From contig OZ024741.1 of the NCBI GenBank assembly GCA_964016885.1, forward strand, positions 26,722,001-26,786,000: 64,000 nt of DNA, in the 5' to 3' direction. A program made the position numbers and the translations under genes. The DNA is from Eledone cirrhosa. Taxonomy: Eukaryota. Under the pieces are notes generated by a model. The model had not been told where the DNA came from and did not search any database. It saw only the letters and a program-made list of their open reading frames with translations. Position 1 is the first letter of the stretch; each line of letters begins with the position of its first letter. Below, one piece after another: positions 39,382-53,020 of the stretch.

Positions 39382-42300
39382 TCTTCTCTCATTCCTTCTG
39401 TCATTCCTCCTCTCATTCTTTCTCTCATTCCTCCTCTCATTCCGCCTCTCATTCTTCTCTCATTCCTTCTGTCATTCCTCCTCTCATTCTTTCTCTCATT
39501 CCGCCTCTCATTCTTCTCTCATTCCTTCTGTCATTCCTCCTCTCATTCTTTCTCTCATTCCTTCTGTCATTCCTCCTCTCATTCTTTCTCTCATTCCTCC
39601 TCTCATTCTTTCTCTCATTCCTCCTCTCATTCCGCCTCTCATTCTTCTCTCATTCCTTCTGTCATTCCTCCTCTCATTCTTCTCTCATTCCTCCTCTCAT
39701 TCCGCCTCTCATTCTTCTCTCATTCCTTCTGTCATTCTTCCTCTCATTCTTCTCTCATTCCTTCTGTCATTCCTCCTCTCATTCTTTCTCTCCTTCCTCC
39801 TCTCATTCCTCCTCATTCCTCCTCTCATTCTTCTCTCATTCCTTCTGTCATTCCTCCTCTCATTCTTTCTCTCATTCCTTCTGTCATTCCTCCTCTCAAT
39901 CTTTCTCTCATTCCTTCTGTCATTCCTCCTCTCAATCTTTCTCTCATTCCTTCTGACATTCCTCCTCTCATTCTTTCTCTCATTCCTTCTGTCATTCCTC
40001 CTCTCAATCTTTCTCTCATTCCTTCTGTCATTCCTCCTCTCAATCTTTCTCTCATTCCTTCTGTCATTCCTTCTCTCATTCCTCCTCTCATTCCTTCTGT
40101 CATTCCTACTCTCATTCTTTCTCTCATTCCTTCTGTCATTCCTCCTCTCAATCTTTCTCTCATTCCTTCTGTCATTCCTTCTCTCATTCCTCCTCTCATT
40201 CCTTCTGTCATTCCTCCTCTCATTCCTCCTCTCATTCCTCCCCCATTCTTCCTCTCATTCCTTCTCTCATTCCTTCTCTCATTCCTCCTCTCATTCCTTC
40301 TCTCATTCCTTCTCTCATTCCTCCTCTCATTCCTTCTCTCATTCCTTCTCTCATTCCTCCTCTCATTCCTCCTCTCATTCCTTCTCTCATTCCTCCTCTC
40401 ATTCCTTCTCTCATTCCTCCTCTCATTCCTTCTGTCATTCTTCCTCTCATTCCTTCTCTCATTCCTTCTCTCATTCCTTCTGTCATTCCTCCTCTCATTC
40501 CTCCTCTCATTCCTTCTCTCATTCCTCCTCTCATTCCTCCTCTCATTCCTCCTCTCATTCCTTCTCTCATTCCTCCTCTCATTCCTCCTCTCATTCCTTC
40601 TCTCATGGTTCCTCTCATTCCTTCTCTCATTCCACCTCTCATTCCTCCCCTCATTCCTTCTCTCATTCCTCCTCTCATTCCGCCTCTCATTCCTCCTCTC
40701 ATTCCTTCTCTCATTCCTTCTCTCACTCCTCTCATTCCTTCTCTCATTCCTCCTCTCATTCCTTCTGTCATTCTTCCTCTCATTCCACCTCTCATTCCTC
40801 CTCTCATTCCTTCTCTCATTCCTTCTGTCATTCTTCCTCTCATTCCTGCTCTCATTCCTCCTCTCATTCCACCTCTCATTCCTCCCCTCATTCCTTCTCT
40901 CATTCCTCCTCTCATTCCTTCTCTCATTCCTCCCCCTCATTCCTTCTCTCATTCCTTCTCTCATTCCTCCTCTCATTTCTCCTCTCATTCCTCCTCTCAT
41001 TCCTCTCATTCCTTCTCTCATTCCTTCTGTCATTCCTCCTCTCATTCCTTCTTTCATTCCTCCCCTCATTCTTTCTCTCATTCCTCCTCTCATTCCTTCT
41101 GTCATTCCTTCTCTCATTCCTTCTCTCATTCCTCCTCTCATTCCTTCTCTCATTCCGTCTCTCATTCCTTCTGTCATTCCTTCTCTCATTCCTCCTCTCA
41201 TTCCTTCTCTCATTCCTCCTCTCATTCCTTCTGTCATTCTTCCTCTCATTCCTTCTCTCATTCCTCCTCTCATTCCTTCTCTCATTCCTCCTCTCATTCC
41301 TCCTCTCATTCCTTCTCTCATTCCTCCTCTCTTTCCTCCTCTCATTCCTCCTCTCATTCCTCCTCTCATTCCTTCTCTCATTCCTCCCCTCATTCCTTCT
41401 CTCATTCCTCCCCTCATTCCTTCTCTCATTCCTTCTCTCATTCCTCCTCTCATTCCTCCTCTCATTCCTCCTCTCATTCCTCCTCTCATTCCTTCTCTCA
41501 TTCCTCCCCTCATTCCTTCTCTCATTCCTTCTCTCATTCCTTCTCTCATTCCTCCTCTCATTCCTCCTCTCATTCCTTCTCTCATTCCTCCTCTCTTTCC
41601 TCCTCTCATTCCTCCTCTCTTTCCTCCTCTCATTCCTCCTCTCATTCCTCCTCTCATTCCTTCTCTCATTCCTCCTCTCATTCCTTCTGTCATTCTTCCT
41701 CTCATTCCTTCTGTCATTCCTCCTCTCATTCCTTCTCTCATTCCTCCCCTCATTCCTCCTCTCATTCCTCCTCTCATTCCTTCTGTCATTCCTCCTCTCA
41801 TTCCTTCTCTCATTCCTCCCCTCATTCCTTCTTTCATTCCTCCTCTCATTCCTTCTGTCATTCCTCCTCTCATTCCTTCTCTCATTCCTCCCCTCATTCC
41901 TTCTTTCATTCCTCCTCTCATTCCTTCTGTCATTCCTCCTCTCATTCCTTCTCTCATTCCTCCCCTCATTCCTCCTCTCATTCCTCCTCTCATTCCTCCT
42001 CTCATTCCTCCTCTCATTCCTTCTGTCATTCCTCCTCTCATTCCTCCTCTCATTCCTCCTCTCATTCCTTCTCTCATTCCTCCTCTCATTCCTCCTCTCA
42101 TTCCTCCTCTCATTCCTCCTCTCATTCCTTCTGTCATTCCTCCTCTCATTCCTCCTCTCATTCCTCCTCTCATTCCTTCTCTCACTCCTTCTCTCATTCC
42201 TCCTCTCATTCCTCCTCTCATTCCTTATCTCATTCCTCCTCTCATTCCTCCTCTCATTCCTTCTCTCATTCCTCCTCTCATTCCTCCTCTCATTCCTTCT

Positions 42301-42920
42301 CTCATTCCTTCTGTCATTCCTCCTCTCATTCCTTCTCTCATTCCTCCTCTCATTCCTCCTCTCATTCCTTCTCTCATTCCTTCTGTCATTCCTCCTCTCA
42401 TTCCTTCTCTCATTCCTCCTCTCATTCCTCCTCTCATTCCTTCTGTCATTCCTCCTCTCATTCCTCCTCTCATTCCTTCTCTCATTCCTCCTCCTCATCC
42501 CTCCTCTCATTCCTCCTCTCATTCCTCCTCTCCTTCTCTCATTCCGCCTCTTATTCCTCCTCTCATTCCTTCTCTCATTCCTTCTCTCATTCCTCCTCTC
42601 ATTCTCCTCTCATTCCTCCTCTCATTCCTTCTCTCATTCCTTCTCTCATTCCTCCTCTCATTCCTTCTCTCATTCCTTCTGTCATTCCTCCTCTCATTCC
42701 TCCTCTCATTCCTTCTGTCATTCCTCCTCTCATTCCTCCTCATTCCTTCTCTCACTCCTCCTCTCATTCCTTCTCTCACTCCTCCTCTCATTCCTCCTCT
42801 TATTCCTCCTCTCATTCCTCCTCTTATTCCTTCTCTCATTCCTCCTCTTATTCCTTCTCTCATTCCTCCTCTTATTCCTTCTCTCATTCCTCCTCTCATT
42901 CCTTCTCCCATTCTCCTCAT
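39382..42920. repeat. Pyrimidine-rich 12-bp minisatellite of about 3.5 kb (ctcattcctyct)
   Basis: Direct reading; source of the MRGG/NERR/SSSH ORFs. Confidence 0.96.
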
Positions 42921-43113
42921 TACTTCTCCCTTTCTTTCCATCTGTCTATCTGTCCATCGACATTTTCACCTTTTTCTTCTCATTTTCTTAATTTTCTTTA
43001 TTCATGTCTTTCTTTGTCCATTTTCTTTCTTCTTTTACATTGAGATGGATCTCCTTCAGTTACAACGATGAGTGTTCCAGTTGTTTGATCAATAGATTGA
43101 CCTTCTCATCAAA

Positions 43114-43342
43114 TTAACACAACAGCATTTCTAATGAAATACTCCCCATTTCAGTTAATTAATGAAGAATTTCGAAGGATAACATTATTAATTATTTCAT
43201 CACTAAGATAGTAACTTAATGTAAGATTCTGATATAAAATTATTTTGGAAGATTTTGATTTAAATTGTAAACCTTTAAAATGAGTGACTTTATTTCTTAG
43301 AACCAGAGCTGGTTTTGGCCAGGCTGGTAACTAAAGTGTTAA
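43114..43342. mobile_element. TTAA-flanked MITE-like element (family 2, reverse of 32139)
   Basis: ttaacac...gtgttaa ends; acaacagcatttctaa is the complement of ttagaaatgttgt near 32361. Confidence 0.45.
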
Positions 43343-43351
43343 CGTAATTCA

Positions 43352-44520
43352 CTGATGTAGTGGGATCACAGGTAAGCTAACTAAGAACACAGATTTTACA
43401 TGTGGCCGGTGCTCTGGTGCAATAAGTAGCAACAAGTGCCCACAAAATACTAACTCTTTCAATTGCGCAGAGGGTTCTATAGAAATAGTGGACAGCTTCC
43501 GTTACCTGGGTGAGAAAATCAGCAGTGGGGGAGGCTGCTCTGAAAGTACAGTAGCTAGAGTCAGAACTGGATGGAAAAAGTTCAGAGAGCTTATACCACT
43601 ATTAGCCGCTAAAGGGTTCTCCCTAAAAATGAAAGGCAGGCTGTATGATGCCTGCATACGAACAACAATGTTGCATGGCAGTGAGACCTGGGCATTGTGT
43701 GCAGAGGATATACGCAGACTAGAGAGGAACGAAGCTTGCATGTGAACGGCAAAGCATAAACGAACTAAGGAAAAAATTAGAAATAAGAGGGATCAGATGT
43801 TGTTTACTCGAGAGAAGGCTACGTTGGTATGGTCACGTGATGCGCATGAAAGACGACAGCCGTATAACAAAGTGCAGGGCAATAAAGATAGACGGTAGCC
43901 ACGGAGTAGGCAGACCCAGGAAAACCTGGGACGAGCTGATAAATTCCGACCTCACACACTTACACCTCACCAAGACAAAGTCACTGGACCGAGACCTTTG
44001 GCGGTACTCAGTAACAGAGAAGACCCGCCTTACCTAAATACAAAGTAAAACCTACTAGTCAGTAGGCATCTCTAACAAAATACACCCCCGTCCCACCCCA
44101 TCCACACCGCCTCCTTCAATGCAAAGTTATGTTGGTGCCACAACATCCAGGCCGAAACAAACGAGATCGTGTAGGTGTCACGACAAAAAACACACAGTCC
44201 ACGCTGTAATGTGACCGTGTGGGCAACACGGTAAAAACCTCCCAGTCCCACACTGTAAATGTGGTTGGTGTTAGGAAGGGCATCCAGCTGTAGAAAACAC
44301 ACCAGACAGTCCACGCTGTAATGTGGCCATGTAGGCAACACGGTAAAAACCTCCCAGTCCCACACTGTAAATGTGGTTGGTGTTAGGAAGGGCATCCAGC
44401 TGTAGAAAACACGCCAGACAGTCCTATGCGAGCAAGACAACCACTCTTGCCTCAAGTGGGAAAACCCCCGTCCAAACCCATGCAAGCGTGGAACAGGGAC
44501 GTTAAACGATGATGATGATG
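43352..44520 (+). mobile_element. RTE 3' portion with a small internal deletion and a 112-bp 3' UTR duplication
   Basis: ORFs 43488-43745 and 43837-44037; (GAT)n tail 44508-44520. Confidence 0.9.
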
Positions 44521-44548
44521 TGAGGTTCAGCATGACTCTGTGTGACAA

Positions 44549-44703
44549 TGTTAGACTGGGTATGATTTATTATGGCACCATCATTAGAGAGGTCATCATA
44601 TGATCACCCACACCAGTCTTTCTCACTGTTAGGCTGGGTATGATTTATTATAGCACCATCATTAGAGAGGTCATCATATGATCACCCACACCATTCTTTC
44701 TCA
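44549..44703. repeat. 78-bp direct tandem duplication
   Basis: tgttag(a/g)ctgggtatgatttattat.. at 44549 and 44627. Confidence 0.9.
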
Positions 44704-45479
44704 ATCTTCTCTCCCTTGTTGCCTATTTTTGGTGTCAAAAGACTTTCAGGCTCAATAATGTTTCAAATCAATTTGAAATTTATGATTTATTATAAGAAAA
44801 CATCAGAAATTTTATTTAAATAATTTCTGAATTATTTGCTTTTAAAAATAAGGTAAAGCAGTTTGTGTTGGTTGGTTTTGATCATAAAATCTGTCCAACG
44901 ATACTTTCCTGAGGTATTCTAACCACATGCCCATAGTATCGGCCCTGTGATCTCTCAATTTGGGGTAGTAGCACTACCTAGAGAAACTCTCTGACCTCTG
45001 AGCTCTATCGAGTAACATTGCTTCAAAGACCCTTCAGAGAAACCCCATTTCTGCTGAAGAAGAGAGAGAGTTTGTATTTTCATAATTTTACACCAGTGGA
45101 AAAAAAAAATAATACAATTTCCAAACCCACCTATTTTCCTTGGGCCAACTCCAGACCCATTTAAAAAATTTCTCAGGCCTACTTGTGAGCCTAAGGGCCC
45201 ATGTTGAGAATTACTAGTCTGGACTGAAGTGTGTGTCAGTGCATTTGTGTATGTGTTAATGTATATTTGTGTATATGTCCGTATATTTATCTATATGTCA
45301 ATGTATATGTGTGTATCTGGTATGGTCCTGTAACTCCTGATGGAGTCATAGGGTTGTCGCGTTTCTTGGGCATTTTAAGCCTAATGGAGCCCATCCCTCT
45401 CCACGCCTGAATACAGTAGATTTCTTCCAGAGAAGGATAGAGAGTGAGAGAGAGAAAGTGAGAAAGAGATACAGAGGAA

Positions 45480-45627
45480 GAATCGACCCCAGTATTAGAC
45501 TGGTACTTTGTTTTTTATCAACCTCGAATGGATGAAAAAAATTGACCTTGGCAGGATTTGAACTCTGAGAGCAGAGAGTCGAAACAAATACCACATAGCA
45601 TTCTAACAACTCTGCCAATTCGCCGCC
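45480..45627 (-). mobile_element. SINE family A (diverged)
   Basis: gcaggatttgaactc, gactggtactt, ctgccaattcgccgcc head. Confidence 0.7.
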
Positions 45628-45629
45628 TA

Positions 45630-46650
45630 TATTTGTGTGTGTGTCTGTATCTTTGTCTATATGTCAATATTTGTGTGTATGTTAATATTTGTGTATATGT
45701 CTGTATATTTGCGTATGTCAGTACATTTGTAAATGTGTCAATGTATAATTGTGAATGTCAATGTATATTTGTGTGTATGTCAATATATATTTGTATATGT
45801 CAATGTATATTTGTGTGTATGTCAATGTATATTTGTGTGTATGTCAATGTATATTTGTGTGTATGTCAATGTATATTTGTGTATGTCAATGTATATTCGT
45901 GTATGTGTCAATGTATATTTGCGTATATGTCAATATATTGTATATGTCAATGCATATTTTTGTGAATGTCAATGTATATTTGTGTGTATGTCAATATATA
46001 TTTGTATATGTCAATTCATATTTGTGTAAATGCCAATGTATATTTGTGTATATGTCAATGTATATTTGTGTGTATGTCATTATATATTTGTGTGTATGTC
46101 AATGTATATTTGTGTATGTCAATATATGTTTGTGTATGTGTCGATGTATATTTGTATATGTCAATGTATATTTGTATATGTCAATGTATATTTGTGTATA
46201 TGTCAATGTATATTTGTATATGTCAATGTATATTTTTGTGTATGTCAATATATATTTGTGTATATGCCAATGTATATTTGTGTATGTGTCAATGTATATT
46301 TGTCTAGACGTCAGTATTTGTGTGTATGTCAATGTATATTTGTGTATATGCCAATTGTTTGTGTATATGCCAATGTATATTTGTGTATATGTCAATATAT
46401 ATTTGTGTGTATGTCAATGTATATTTGTGTATGTGTCAATGTATATTTGTCTAGACGTCAGTATTTGTGTGTATGTCAATGTATATTTGTGTATATGCCA
46501 ATTGTTTGTGTATATGCCAATGTATATTTGTGTATATGTCAATATATATTTGTGTGTATGTCAATGTATATTTGTGTATATGCCAATGTATATTTGTGTA
46601 TGTCAATGTATATTTGTCTAGATGTCAATGTATATTTGTGTATGTGTTAG
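45630..46650. repeat. 20-22-bp minisatellite (atgtcaatgtatatttgtgtgt)
   Basis: Direct reading. Confidence 0.9.
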
Positions 46651-47910
46651 AATATCTGGGCATGTGTCAGTATGTTTGTGTATATATTAGTGTATTTGTG
46701 TATATGTTAGTGTATGTGTTTATGTGTTTATACATGTATATTTTGCTTTTTATGTGTAAATGTGTGCATTGATGTTATATCTGTATTGTATGTATATATG
46801 TATATTTTATGTATATATGTGTATTGATTGTCTGGATGTATGTATGTGTGTGTGTTGGTGCATTTGTGTTTGTGTCAGTGAATTTATGTATGTATATGTA
46901 TCTATATATGTATGTATATATGTATGTATGTGCATGTGTATGCATGTGCCAATATACTTGTATTTAATCATGTCAGTACATTTGTGTTTGTGTCAGTGTT
47001 TGTGTATACATTTGTATGTATGTACATGGGTGTGTGTGTGTGTGTATTTTCATCTGTGTATGTATGTACATGTATGTGCATGTGTCCATATGTACATATG
47101 TTGTGTATGTGTATGTATGTATGTAAATGTATGTGTGTCCATGTGTATGTATGTTATGTTGTACTTATGTATGTATATATATATATGTGTGTGTGTATAT
47201 GTATGTGTGTAAATGTATGTGTCCATATGTATGTATGTTGTACTTATGTATGTAGCTATATATATATGTGTGTGTATATGTATGTGTGTGTCCATGTTGA
47301 TTAGTTAGTTAATTTCATTTCAAGTTAGTAATCAGTTTTCATAAGTTTAATTAGATTCAGTCGAACAATTCTCTGAGAGAGGAGTTCCTCACTGAAACAG
47401 TTCATACAATTACTTCCATAGCTGTGTGTTGGTGTGTGTGTCAGTGTAAGTGTATGTGTGCATGTCAGTGTATGCGTGTGTGTGTCAGTGTAAGTGTATG
47501 TGTGTGTTGGTGTAAGTGTATGTGTGTGTCAGTGTAAGTGTATGTGTGTGTTGGTGTATGTGAGTGTCAGTGTTTGTGTTTGTGTGTGTGTCAGTGTATG
47601 TGTGTGTGTGTCAGTGTAAGTGTATGTGTGTGTGTTGGTGTATGTGAGTGTGCCAGTGTTTGTGTATGAGTATCAGTGTGTGTGTGTGTGGTGTGTCAGT
47701 GTATGTGTGTATCAGTGTGTGTGCATGTCAGTGTTTGTGTGTATAATTTAGTGTATGTAAGTGTGTGTGTGTGTGTGTGTGTGTGCTGCTGTATGCATGT
47801 GTGTGTGTGCCAGTGTGGATATGTGTGCTAGTGTGTGTGTATGTTGGTGTGTGTGTGAGTGAGTGTGCCAGTGTGTGTGTTCATGTGTGTCAGTGTTGTT
47901 GTGTGTGTAT
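46650..47910. repeat. TG/TA-rich low-complexity tracts (short unique gap about 47300-47420)
   Basis: Direct reading. Confidence 0.8.
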
Positions 47911-47954
47911 GTAGTAGAGGTTTCTGTGTTGTCCTTCTTCAGCCACCCGCTGAC

Positions 47955-48340
47955 CATGTTTCGCAGCATAGAGTTACGGCCCTTTACGTTCTGAGTTCAA
48001 ATCCCGCTGATGTTAGCTTTGCCTTTCATCCTTACAGGGTTGATAAAATGCATTGGGGTTGATTTAATTGACATTTGCTTCCTCTTCAAATTGCTGGCCT
48101 TGTGCCTAAAGTAGAAACAATTATTATTATTATTATTATTATTACAGTGGATTGGCAGTATAGGTAGAGGATCGGACGCCATGCTTTGTAGCATAGAGTT
48201 ACGGCCCTTGCCATTCTGAGTTCAAATCCCGCCGAGGTTAACTTTACCTTTCATCCTGACGGGGTGGATAAAATAAAGCACCAGTAATACACTAGGTAAT
48301 TGCTGGCCTTGTGCCTAAAGTAGAAACAATTATTATTACT
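47955..48340 (+). mobile_element. Two adjacent SINE family A copies separated by (ATT)n
   Basis: Two B-boxes gagttcaaatccc (about 47994 and 48218) and two tails. Confidence 0.85.
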
Positions 48341-48469
48341 ACCCTGCATTGTTTTTGTCATTGTCTTGTCCCGGTCTTGGGTTCCTGTAACCACTAGAAC
48401 AGATTATTGTTGTTCTTTCATAATTTGTTTATTTCCCAAATTTCTCTTCCGCAATTCTTATGAATGGTG

Positions 48470-49063
48470 GCACCACCATCAGTCACTACCACTGACACTG
48501 CCAACACTACCACCACCACTGCCACCACTACTGCCTCACCACCACCACCACCACTGCCACTACCACTGACACTACCACCACCACTGCCTCACCACCACTG
48601 TTACTACCACTGACACCACCACCACCACCACTGCCTCACCACCACTGCTACTGCCACCACCACCACCACCACCACTGCTACTACCACTGACACTGCCACC
48701 ACCACCACCACCACTGCCTCACCACCACTGCTACTACCACTGACACTGCCACCACTACTCCACCACCACCACCACAACTACTACCACTGCCACCACCACT
48801 ACTACTACTACCACCACCACCACGACTACTACCACCACCACTACCACCACCACCACCACTGCCACCATTACTACCACCACTACCACCACCACCATCATCA
48901 CTACCACCACCATCACTGCCACCACCATCATCACTACCACCAACACCACCACTACCACCACCACCACCATCATCACTGCCACCAGCACTACCACTACCAC
49001 CACCACCATCACTGCCACCAGTACCACCAGCACCACCACTACCACCACCTCTACTTCCACCAC
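48470..49063. repeat. (CAC/TAC)n compound trinucleotide tract
   Basis: Direct reading. Confidence 0.9.
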
Positions 49064-49617
49064 TGCTGTCTGTGATAGATTGTTAACCAGTCATCTCAAG
49101 AATGTTTGGTCTTGAAAGTTCTGCAAAACACACACACAAAGCTAGCTTGTCTTATTGCTGTCAGACAGGAGAGGCAAAGGAGAAAGGAGATGATGGTATG
49201 ATCTGCAGCAGGCTGGAGAGTGGGCAGGGCTTGGTCTGATGAGGTCGTGGAGAGAGATAGGAAGACAGAGACAGACAGGGAGAGAGGAGATGGTGATGGC
49301 TAATTAAGTGTTTTAAAGACATATTTTGGCTGATGTTTCCAGACAATGCTGGCTGCAATGGGTTTAGCAATATCCCCTTACAGACAATGACATCTCTCTT
49401 CAGTTTGTTTCTTGCAATAGGTTAGCTGTGTATGATGATGATGATGATGATGATGGTAGGTGTGTGATGGAATAATGAAATAACAGAATGATGGAATAAG
49501 TTAAGTGAGTCATCATCCACTGATGACAACATGGCAACATCTTCAGATCACTAGACTTACTTTACAAGTAAAAAGTATTTAACTCTTTTCATACCAAACT
49601 GTCAGAAACTCTTTCAG

Positions 49618-51500
49618 TTTTACAATATATGTACTCTAATGTACTTTCCCTCGATCAAACCCTTCACCTTTACAATATATGTACTCTAATGTACTTTCCC
49701 TCAGTCAAACCCTTCACCTTTACAATATATGTACTCTAATGTACTTTCCCTCAGTCAAACCCTTCACCTTTACAATATATGTACTCTAATGTACTTTCCC
49801 TCAGTCAAACCCTTCACCTTTACAATATGTGTACTCTAATGTACTTTCCCTCAGTCAAACCCTTCACCTTTACAATATATGTACTCTAGTGTACTTTCCC
49901 TCAGTCAAACCATTCACCTTTACAATATATGTACTCTAATGTACTTTCCCTCAGTCAAACCCTTCAGCTTTACAATATATGTACTCTAATGTACTTTCCC
50001 TCAGTCAAACCCTTCACCTTTACGATATATATACTCTAATGTACTTTCCCTCAGTCAAACCCTTCACCTTTACAATATAGGTACTCTAATGTACTTTCCC
50101 TCAGTCAAACCCTTCACCTTTAAAATATAAGTACTCTAATGTACTTTCTCTCAGTCAAACCCTTCACCTTTACAATATATGTACTCTAATGTACTTTCCT
50201 TCAATCAAACCCTCCAGCTTTACAATATATGTACTCTAATGTACTTTCCCTCAGTCAAACCCTTCACCTTTACAGTGTATATACTCTAATGTACTTTCCC
50301 TCAGTCAAACCCTTCACCTTTACAGTGTATGTACTCTAATGTACTTTCCCTCAGTCAAACCATTCACCTTTACGATATATGTACTCTAATGTACTTTCCT
50401 TCAGTCAAACCCTTCAGCTTTACAATATATGTACTCTAATGTTCTTTGCCCGAGTCAAACCCTTCACTTTTACAATATATGTACTTTCCCTCAGTCAAAC
50501 CCTTCACCTTTACAATATGTGTACTCTAATGTACTTTCCATCAGTCAAACACTTCAGCTTTACAATATATGTACTCTAATATACTTTTCCTCAGTCAAAC
50601 CCTTCAGCTTTACAATATGTGTACTCTAATGTACTTTCCCTCAGTCAAACCCTTCACCTTTACAATACATGTACTCTAATATACTTTCCCTCAGTCAAAC
50701 CCTTCAGCTTTACAATATGTGTGCTCTAATGTACTTTCCCTCAGTTAAACCCTTCACCTTTACAATATGTGTACTATAATGTACTTTCCCTCAGTCAAAC
50801 CCTTCAGCTTTACAATATGTGTACTCTAATGTACTTTCCCTCAGTTAAAACATTCACCTTTACAATATGTGTACTCTAATGTACTTTCCCTTAGTCAAAC
50901 CCTTCAGCTTTACAATATATGTACTCTAATGTACTTTCCCTTAATCAAACCCTTCAGCTTTACAATATATGTACTCTAATGTACTTTCACTCAGTCTAAC
51001 CCGTCAGCTTTAAAATATATGTACTCTAATGTACTTTCCCTCAATCAAACCCTTCAGCTTTACAATATAGGTACTCTAATGTACTTTCCCTGAATCAAAC
51101 CCTTCAGCTTTACAATATATGTACTCTAATGTACTTTCCCTGAATCAAACCCTTCAGCTTTACAATATATGTACTCTAATGTACTTTCACTCAGTCAAAC
51201 CCGTCAGCTTTAAAATATATGTACTCTAATGTACTTTCCCTCAATCAAACTCTTCAGCTTTAAAATATATGTACTCTAATGTACTTTCCCTGAATCAAAC
51301 CCTTCAGCTTTACAATATATGTACTCTAATGTACTTTCACTCAGTCAAACCCTTCAGCTTTACAATATATGTACTCTAATGTACTTTCCCTCAATCAAAC
51401 TCTTCAGCTTTAAAATATATGTACTCTAATGTACTTTCCCTCAATCAAACCCTTCAGCTTTACAATATAGGTACTCTAATGTACTTTCCCTCAGCTAAAC
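49618..51500. repeat. 50-bp minisatellite, about 38 copies (tacaatatatgtactctaatgtactttccctcagtcaaacccttcasctt)
   Basis: Register holds every 50 nt; one unit lacks 10 bp near 50480. Confidence 0.96.
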
Positions 51501-51812
51501 ACTTGTTAAATACTTTGCATGGTCGCATACACATGCAATACATCATACACATATTATGCATTATACACACATTCAATGCATCATACACACACACACACAT
51601 GCTATGCATCATACACACACTAGTCATCTTACACTGGTACCTTTGTCACTTCCTCCACCTCCTCCACACTGTCTTTTAATTATACAAGACCATTAACCAT
51701 GTCACTATCATATTTCTAATAAAATACTCTGTGTTTTTCAATTATTTTTTAATATCAACAAAGAATTTTAAGGGATTTAGTAAAATAACTAACCATATTA
51801 TTAAGGTGATGT

Positions 51813-52015
51813 TTAACCCTTTAATGTTCAAACCGGCCAGAATTCTCTTCCGCTTTCTGTTGAAACTGGCTGTAACTGGTCGCTCAAACTGATGATAAGG
51901 TATTGTTCTCAAAATCTCACAGATTCGATATTATGTGAGATAATTATGCGAGGTAAAGCCTTTACCATGAAAATATAGCAGTATATATAGAGTAGTGTGA
52001 ATGCTAAAGGGTTAA
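51813..52015 (+). mobile_element. piggyBac-like TTAA MITE (family 1)
   Basis: ttaa-cccttta ... gctaaaggg-ttaa; internal gattcgatattatgtgag shared with the 52236 and 63246 copies. Confidence 0.78.
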
Positions 52016-52235
52016 GGGCTGTAGATTGGCAGTATCGGTACATCATCGGACAACATGCTTTGTAGCATAGAGTTATGGTCCTTTACATTCTGAGTTCATT
52101 CCCACCAAGGTTAACTTTGCCTTTCATCCTTGTGGGATCAATAAAATAAAGTACCAGTACCGCACTGGGGTCAATTTAATTGACTCTCTCCTTCCCCACA
52201 AATTGTTGACTTTGTGCTTAAATCAAAAACCTTTA
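52016..52235 (+). mobile_element. SINE family A
   Basis: gattggcagtatcggta head, core and tail. Confidence 0.82.
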
Positions 52236-52639
52236 TTAACCCTTTAATTATTTACTACTGTATTTTCACAGTAAACACTTTATTTCACATAATATCGAAT
52301 CTATGAGATTTTGGTATTATCTATTTTGAGAGCGGGCGGTGGATTGGCAGTATCGGTAGAGGGTCGGATGCCATGCTTTCCAGCATAGTTACGTCCCTTT
52401 ACGATCTGAGTTCAAATCCCGCCGAGGTTGACTTTGCCTTTCATCTTTACGGGGTCGATAAAATAAAGTACCAGTAATGCACTGGGTAATTGCTGGCCTT
52501 GTGCCTAAAGTAGAAACAATTATCTATTTTGAGAACAATACCTTAACGTCAGTATGAGTGGTCAGTTACAGCCCATTTGAACAGAAAGAGATGAGAGAAT
52601 TCTGGCCGGATACTGCTGGTTTAAATGCTAAAGGGTTAA
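52236..52639 (-). mobile_element. piggyBac-like TTAA MITE (family 1) interrupted by a SINE
   Basis: ttaaccctttaa ... atgctaaagggttaa; reverse complement of 51813-52015 once 52332-52534 is removed. Confidence 0.78.
52332..52518 (+). mobile_element. Full-length SINE family A with a 16-bp target-site duplication
   Basis: attatctattttgaga at 52316-52331 and 52519-52534. Confidence 0.9.
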
Positions 52640-52756
52640 TTGACTTTCCCTGCCCCCAAATTGTTGGCCTTGTGCCTAAGTCAGAAACCTTTATTAAGTT
52701 GACATTTAATAGAAAGCCAAACAAAGGTATTTTCCCATAACATTATTTTTATTTGA

Positions 52757-52940
52757 ATTGGCAGTATCGGTAGAGGGTTGGATGCCATGCTTTGATGCAT
52801 AGAGTTACGGCCCTTGCCATTCTGAGTTCAAATCCCGCCTAGGTTAACTTTGCCTTTCATCCTTACGGGTCGATAAAATAAAGTACCAGTAATGCACTGG
52901 GATAATTTCTGGCCTTGTGCCAAAAGTAGAAACAATTATT
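52757..52940 (+). mobile_element. SINE family A
   Basis: Full consensus match. Confidence 0.85.
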
Positions 52941-53020
52941 TTTATTTAAATATGAATACTTTAATACTAGAGGTCTGTCATCATAAAATTGGGGTAGTTT
53001 TGGGTAAGTTTGTCTCAAAT

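Noticed and set aside
39825-43043. RGG-rich, NERR and SSSH ORFs resembling RNA-binding proteins
   Set aside because: Produced by a 12-bp repeat with frequent frame-breaking indels; no unique domain or splice context
49230-49260. CTGATGAG motif (hammerhead core or snoRNA box)
   Set aside because: No downstream stem II/GAAA or matching box partner
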